A stretch of DNA of 34,508 bases from positions 1-34,508 of the forward strand of contig CAXUUL010000087.1 of NCBI GenBank assembly GCA_964255285.1, given 5' to 3'. The DNA comes from Ionaspis alba. Lineage: Eukaryota. This document shows, one piece after another, positions 31,416 through 34,508 of this stretch (its first letter is position 1; each line of letters starts with the position of its first letter). The translations under genes and the position numbers were made by a program. The notes under the pieces were generated by a model, which was not told the origin of the DNA, did not search any database, and worked only from the letters and a program-made list of their open reading frames with translations.

Positions 31416-34400
31416 ATGGAACCACTGACACTGAAAGTGCAACAGCCTGTGAAGGAAGACATCGAGTGCTGGGACGATGATGACGATCTCCAGGGCGTTG
31501 ACGACCTACAATTTCGGAATGTCTCAACCACAACTGTTGGGACATCTGTGTCCACCAATGCCTCACATCACCGTGACTCCATCTCATCGCGGGTGTCTAC
31601 GAGATCTGACATGGACGGGGACGAAGAATGGCAGGTTCTGCTCCCTACGGACGACGAGAAGTCGACAAGCAATGCGATCGCATCTGTGAAAAGCGCTGGG
31701 ATTCCCATCCCCTCAAACGTTCCCACTTCTGCACTACTTGGAGGCACTATCAAGAGGTTAGGGGGTCGGCGATTGAAGAAGGTTCTTGGCGACGATTGGA
31801 GTGAAGATCTAGAATTGCCCAAACCAGAAGATGGAGGGCTGAAGCTGAAGAAACAAGACGGCAAAGATTTTCCAGATGCTCTTCGCCAGATAAGTGCAGC
31901 GTTCTTGAAGACACCAAGTCCTGCAGAGCCTGCCAATATGAGTTTCATGGACCGCCTGCAATCCGCCGGCAAAGCAAGAGCTACTGTCGCCTCCCTTGAC
32001 AAATTTTGCGACGATCTCGACGACGATTTTGGAGATGTACCCACCATCAAGGTGGCCAAGGGCCGATCTCCGATGAAGATGATGAATTTCCCACCCACAC
32101 CCAAGAAACCTATTAAGCACATCCAGGAATTAGAGAACTTTGAAGACGACCTTGAGTTTCCCACCGGAGAAGAGCCACTGAAGCTATCAGCAAGAAAAGA
32201 AATACCTAGGACTCCAGCTTCGCAACTCCAGGAAGACTTTGACACCGATTGGGCTGAAGAGAGCCAAGGCAGTTTGGGTACATCTATTGGAGGTACTCGT
32301 CGTACTGGGAGGTCGAACAGGAGTTCTTCAATTTCCGCTCTCAGCCCAAGTGTCTTCAGTCCCAGTCTTTCGAGCTGTCTCACAGCTGAGAGTGAAGACG
32401 AAGGGCTCGAAGGCTTGATCCTACCAGATGGACCACTCAGATTCGATGAAGTACTCAAGAAACGCACCGAAAATGCTTCCCCCGATCCCACAGATGGAAA
32501 GAAGGCAGAGGTCCGGGCTGCAGCCAAGGAAGATTTCTTTTCCGGTATCGAAATTGGTGATGGAGATGTCTTCGATTCAGGGAAGCTTACGCTCAATCGC
32601 AATATCAAGCATAAAGCTACCAGACAGACGAGTCCAGCGAGACGGACACAAACGACATTGACTTTCACTAATAAGATCCAATCGACGACGACTCGCATTC
32701 CAAGACTGCAAACTCATGAGCGAGCCCGCTCAAAACTAGAAACTGTGTCTGAGAGTGGAGGCCCAATCCCCGATTACCGTCGTTCCCAATCCCGTTTGGG
32801 TGGCCATTCGGTCCAATCTTCAATGTCAAGTATTCCAACACCATCTACGCCGTCTTTCCCTCCCTCGTCCGGTCCTTCAACACCCAGCCGCCGTGGTCTG
32901 ACCACCAAAACCTCCCGAGAAGTTATGCGGCCCGATCCTCCAACAACAACCAGTGCCCAGCTTCTGAAAGCCAAACGATCTATGCCAGTCATGAGAAGCC
33001 AGCCTTCACCGGCTCGAACCCAGCCGGCTTATCAACGTCCTCCGTCTCGTGCGGATCATAACTCTCGTGGTGTCATACCACCACGACCTAAGACGCCAGT
33101 CGATCGGCCTATCATCGAGCCCATTATCGGAAGCGCACGCAAGCCTCATGTTCCGTTCTTGCCTGCGGGCAGCTCTCATTCGCAGTCTCATCATGTCAAC
33201 AGCAAACCCACACGCAACTTCCATCGCCCGAACTCATCGGATTCGAATGAAAACATTCCGTTCAACCGTCCAATATCGCGTCTCTCCAACCCTCACTATC
33301 GACCGCACACCCCAAGCAGTCGTCGCGATGTAGCGCCAGAGTCTCTTGCTCGAGAAGCCGCTTCCAAGCGTACGCTTACCAAGCCAACCCGCCGGCGTGC
33401 CTTTGGCGATGGTAGCGAGCTCGATGTCTTCGATGACCTGCCAACATCAGCAACAGCGGAATCCAAATTTATCAAGCACCCCATCGGTCGCGGGAATGTC
33501 AAACCAAGCAATCTACGGAACAAGCTGAATTCGTCCTCAAATGCCTCGGCAACAAGTCTTGCCAAAATCGAAACCTCTGCACCTCCAACTCCGCTTTCGC
33601 CTCAAAAACATGATAGTAATGTTCCTCGATTCGCCCGTGACACAGCAGCGTCACGCCTAGCGCGTGAACAGCGTGTGGGCTCTTTGAATCCACTAGCCTT
33701 GCGCACTCTCAATAGTTCCGAGTCTAACACTTCACTTGCTCCTCCCAGCTCCCACTGGAAGCCTCATCTCTCTGTCAAACCACTTGCATCCCCTCGACAC
33801 ACGGCTAAGAGGCCAAACAAACCTCAGCAGAAACCGTTCCTGATTAAAGATCTAGGCAATAGTGCAGGCGAGCCTAAGACCGAGAAGGGAATGCACTGGA
33901 ATCCGCAACTTTTCCGCTGGGAAGGCAACGAGAATGCTCTTGCACCTTTCGACGTCCCTCTACCAATCACCCCTGACAGCCCAAGAGCCACTGGTCTAGG
34001 CATTCAGACCAAGCCTGCACTCATTGCCAATGTCGGGAGCGTAAAAGGCGTGCAGGTAGTCGGCGGAATGGTCTTTGACCCGCAGCGCATGTGCTGGCTG
34101 AAGATGGCGCCAAATCATGCACAGCGCGGTAGAAGTGATAGCGGGAACATGAGTCCAGCTACAGAGGACGATGAAGATGATCCCTTTGCTGGCCTCGATG
34201 ATCTGGATGATGGGGACAAGAAAGGTGGTGCTAGAGTAGATGGAGGGAAGGACGGTCTTGGGAGTGACGAGTGGCTTGTTGGCGAGGAGTTTGATGTCGG
34301 GCCGGAGTTTATCAGGAGGCAGAGGACTGAGGAGGAGAAATGGAGGAGGAAGGTAGAGGGTTGGGTTAGAGAAGGCTTAGAGAGGGTGGAGGGGGAGGGC

Positions 34401-34436
34401 TGGAAATGGGCGGTAAGGACATTGGTGGGAAAGTGA
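31416..34436 (+). CDS. byr4: Cytokinesis regulator Byr4/Bfa1 (SIN/MEN two-component GAP scaffold)
   Basis: 1006-aa single ORF. IECWDDDDDLQ N-terminus, ALLGGTIKRLG, FGDGSELDVFDDLPTSA, PRFARDTAASR, two imperfect C-terminal repeats GMHWNPQLFRWEGNE and GMVFDPQRMCWLK, and EEFDVGPEFIRRQ. Confidence 0.88.
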   Translation: MEPLTLKVQQPVKEDIECWDDDDDLQGVDDLQFRNVSTTTVGTSVSTNASHHRDSISSRVSTRSDMDGDEEWQVLLPTDDEKSTSNAIASVKSAGIPIPSNVPTSALLGGTIKRLGGRRLKKVLGDDWSEDLELPKPEDGGLKLKKQDGKDFPDALRQISAAFLKTPSPAEPANMSFMDRLQSAGKARATVASLDKFCDDLDDDFGDVPTIKVAKGRSPMKMMNFPPTPKKPIKHIQELENFEDDLEFPTGEEPLKLSARKEIPRTPASQLQEDFDTDWAEESQGSLGTSIGGTRRTGRSNRSSSISALSPSVFSPSLSSCLTAESEDEGLEGLILPDGPLRFDEVLKKRTENASPDPTDGKKAEVRAAAKEDFFSGIEIGDGDVFDSGKLTLNRNIKHKATRQTSPARRTQTTLTFTNKIQSTTTRIPRLQTHERARSKLETVSESGGPIPDYRRSQSRLGGHSVQSSMSSIPTPSTPSFPPSSGPSTPSRRGLTTKTSREVMRPDPPTTTSAQLLKAKRSMPVMRSQPSPARTQPAYQRPPSRADHNSRGVIPPRPKTPVDRPIIEPIIGSARKPHVPFLPAGSSHSQSHHVNSKPTRNFHRPNSSDSNENIPFNRPISRLSNPHYRPHTPSSRRDVAPESLAREAASKRTLTKPTRRRAFGDGSELDVFDDLPTSATAESKFIKHPIGRGNVKPSNLRNKLNSSSNASATSLAKIETSAPPTPLSPQKHDSNVPRFARDTAASRLAREQRVGSLNPLALRTLNSSESNTSLAPPSSHWKPHLSVKPLASPRHTAKRPNKPQQKPFLIKDLGNSAGEPKTEKGMHWNPQLFRWEGNENALAPFDVPLPITPDSPRATGLGIQTKPALIANVGSVKGVQVVGGMVFDPQRMCWLKMAPNHAQRGRSDSGNMSPATEDDEDDPFAGLDDLDDGDKKGGARVDGGKDGLGSDEWLVGEEFDVGPEFIRRQRTEEEKWRRKVEGWVREGLERVEGEGWKWAVRTLVGK

Positions 34437-34508
34437 GAGATATTCTCTGTCATTTTGAAGACTCTGAAATGACCAGGGGTTGATTTCTGGATAGTTGGGG
34501 GCTTAGGG

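Noticed and set aside
31568..32698. 376-aa antisense ORF inside byr4
   Set aside because: S/L/F-rich translation typical of a shadow frame opposite a D/E/K-rich protein; no motifs.
34503..34508. TTAGGG at the window end and G-rich start suggesting telomeric repeats
   Set aside because: Single hexamer, no tandem array; explained by G-rich gene 3' ends.

Overview
A gene-dense region of a filamentous ascomycete (Pezizomycotina-type) nuclear genome. The evidence is short GT-AG introns (about 47-163 nt) with CTRAY-like branch sites, plus three 100-N scaffold gaps. I reconstructed 16 protein-coding loci by hand splicing. In order: the 3' end of a SPATA20/YyaL-like gene, an aldo-keto reductase, a HET-domain protein, an alpha/beta hydrolase, an MFS sugar porter, SelO/Fmp40 AMPylase, a cytosolic GH18 (ENGase-like), an archaemetzincin (M54), a possible orphan 2-TM protein, RAD57/XRCC3, an Ebp1/AF4-like protein, a GH85 ENGase (broken by a real gap), ERD2, a small intron-containing integrase H2C2 zinc-domain gene, XRCC4 and Byr4/Bfa1. 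I could not support any rRNA, tRNA, CRISPR array or intact transposon. The best leads are: (1) an apparently domesticated integrase-H2C2 gene with no catalytic core, which only appears after splicing; (2) two signal-peptide-less ENGase candidates of different families within about 10 kb, one head-to-head with ERD2; (3) an orphan spliced membrane protein; (4) a repeated C-rich to G-rich sense-strand switch at gene 3' ends; (5) stop-free 3n introns in both DNA-repair genes. Family assignments come from motif recognition, not database searches. I do not see clear evidence of a wholly new multi-gene system.
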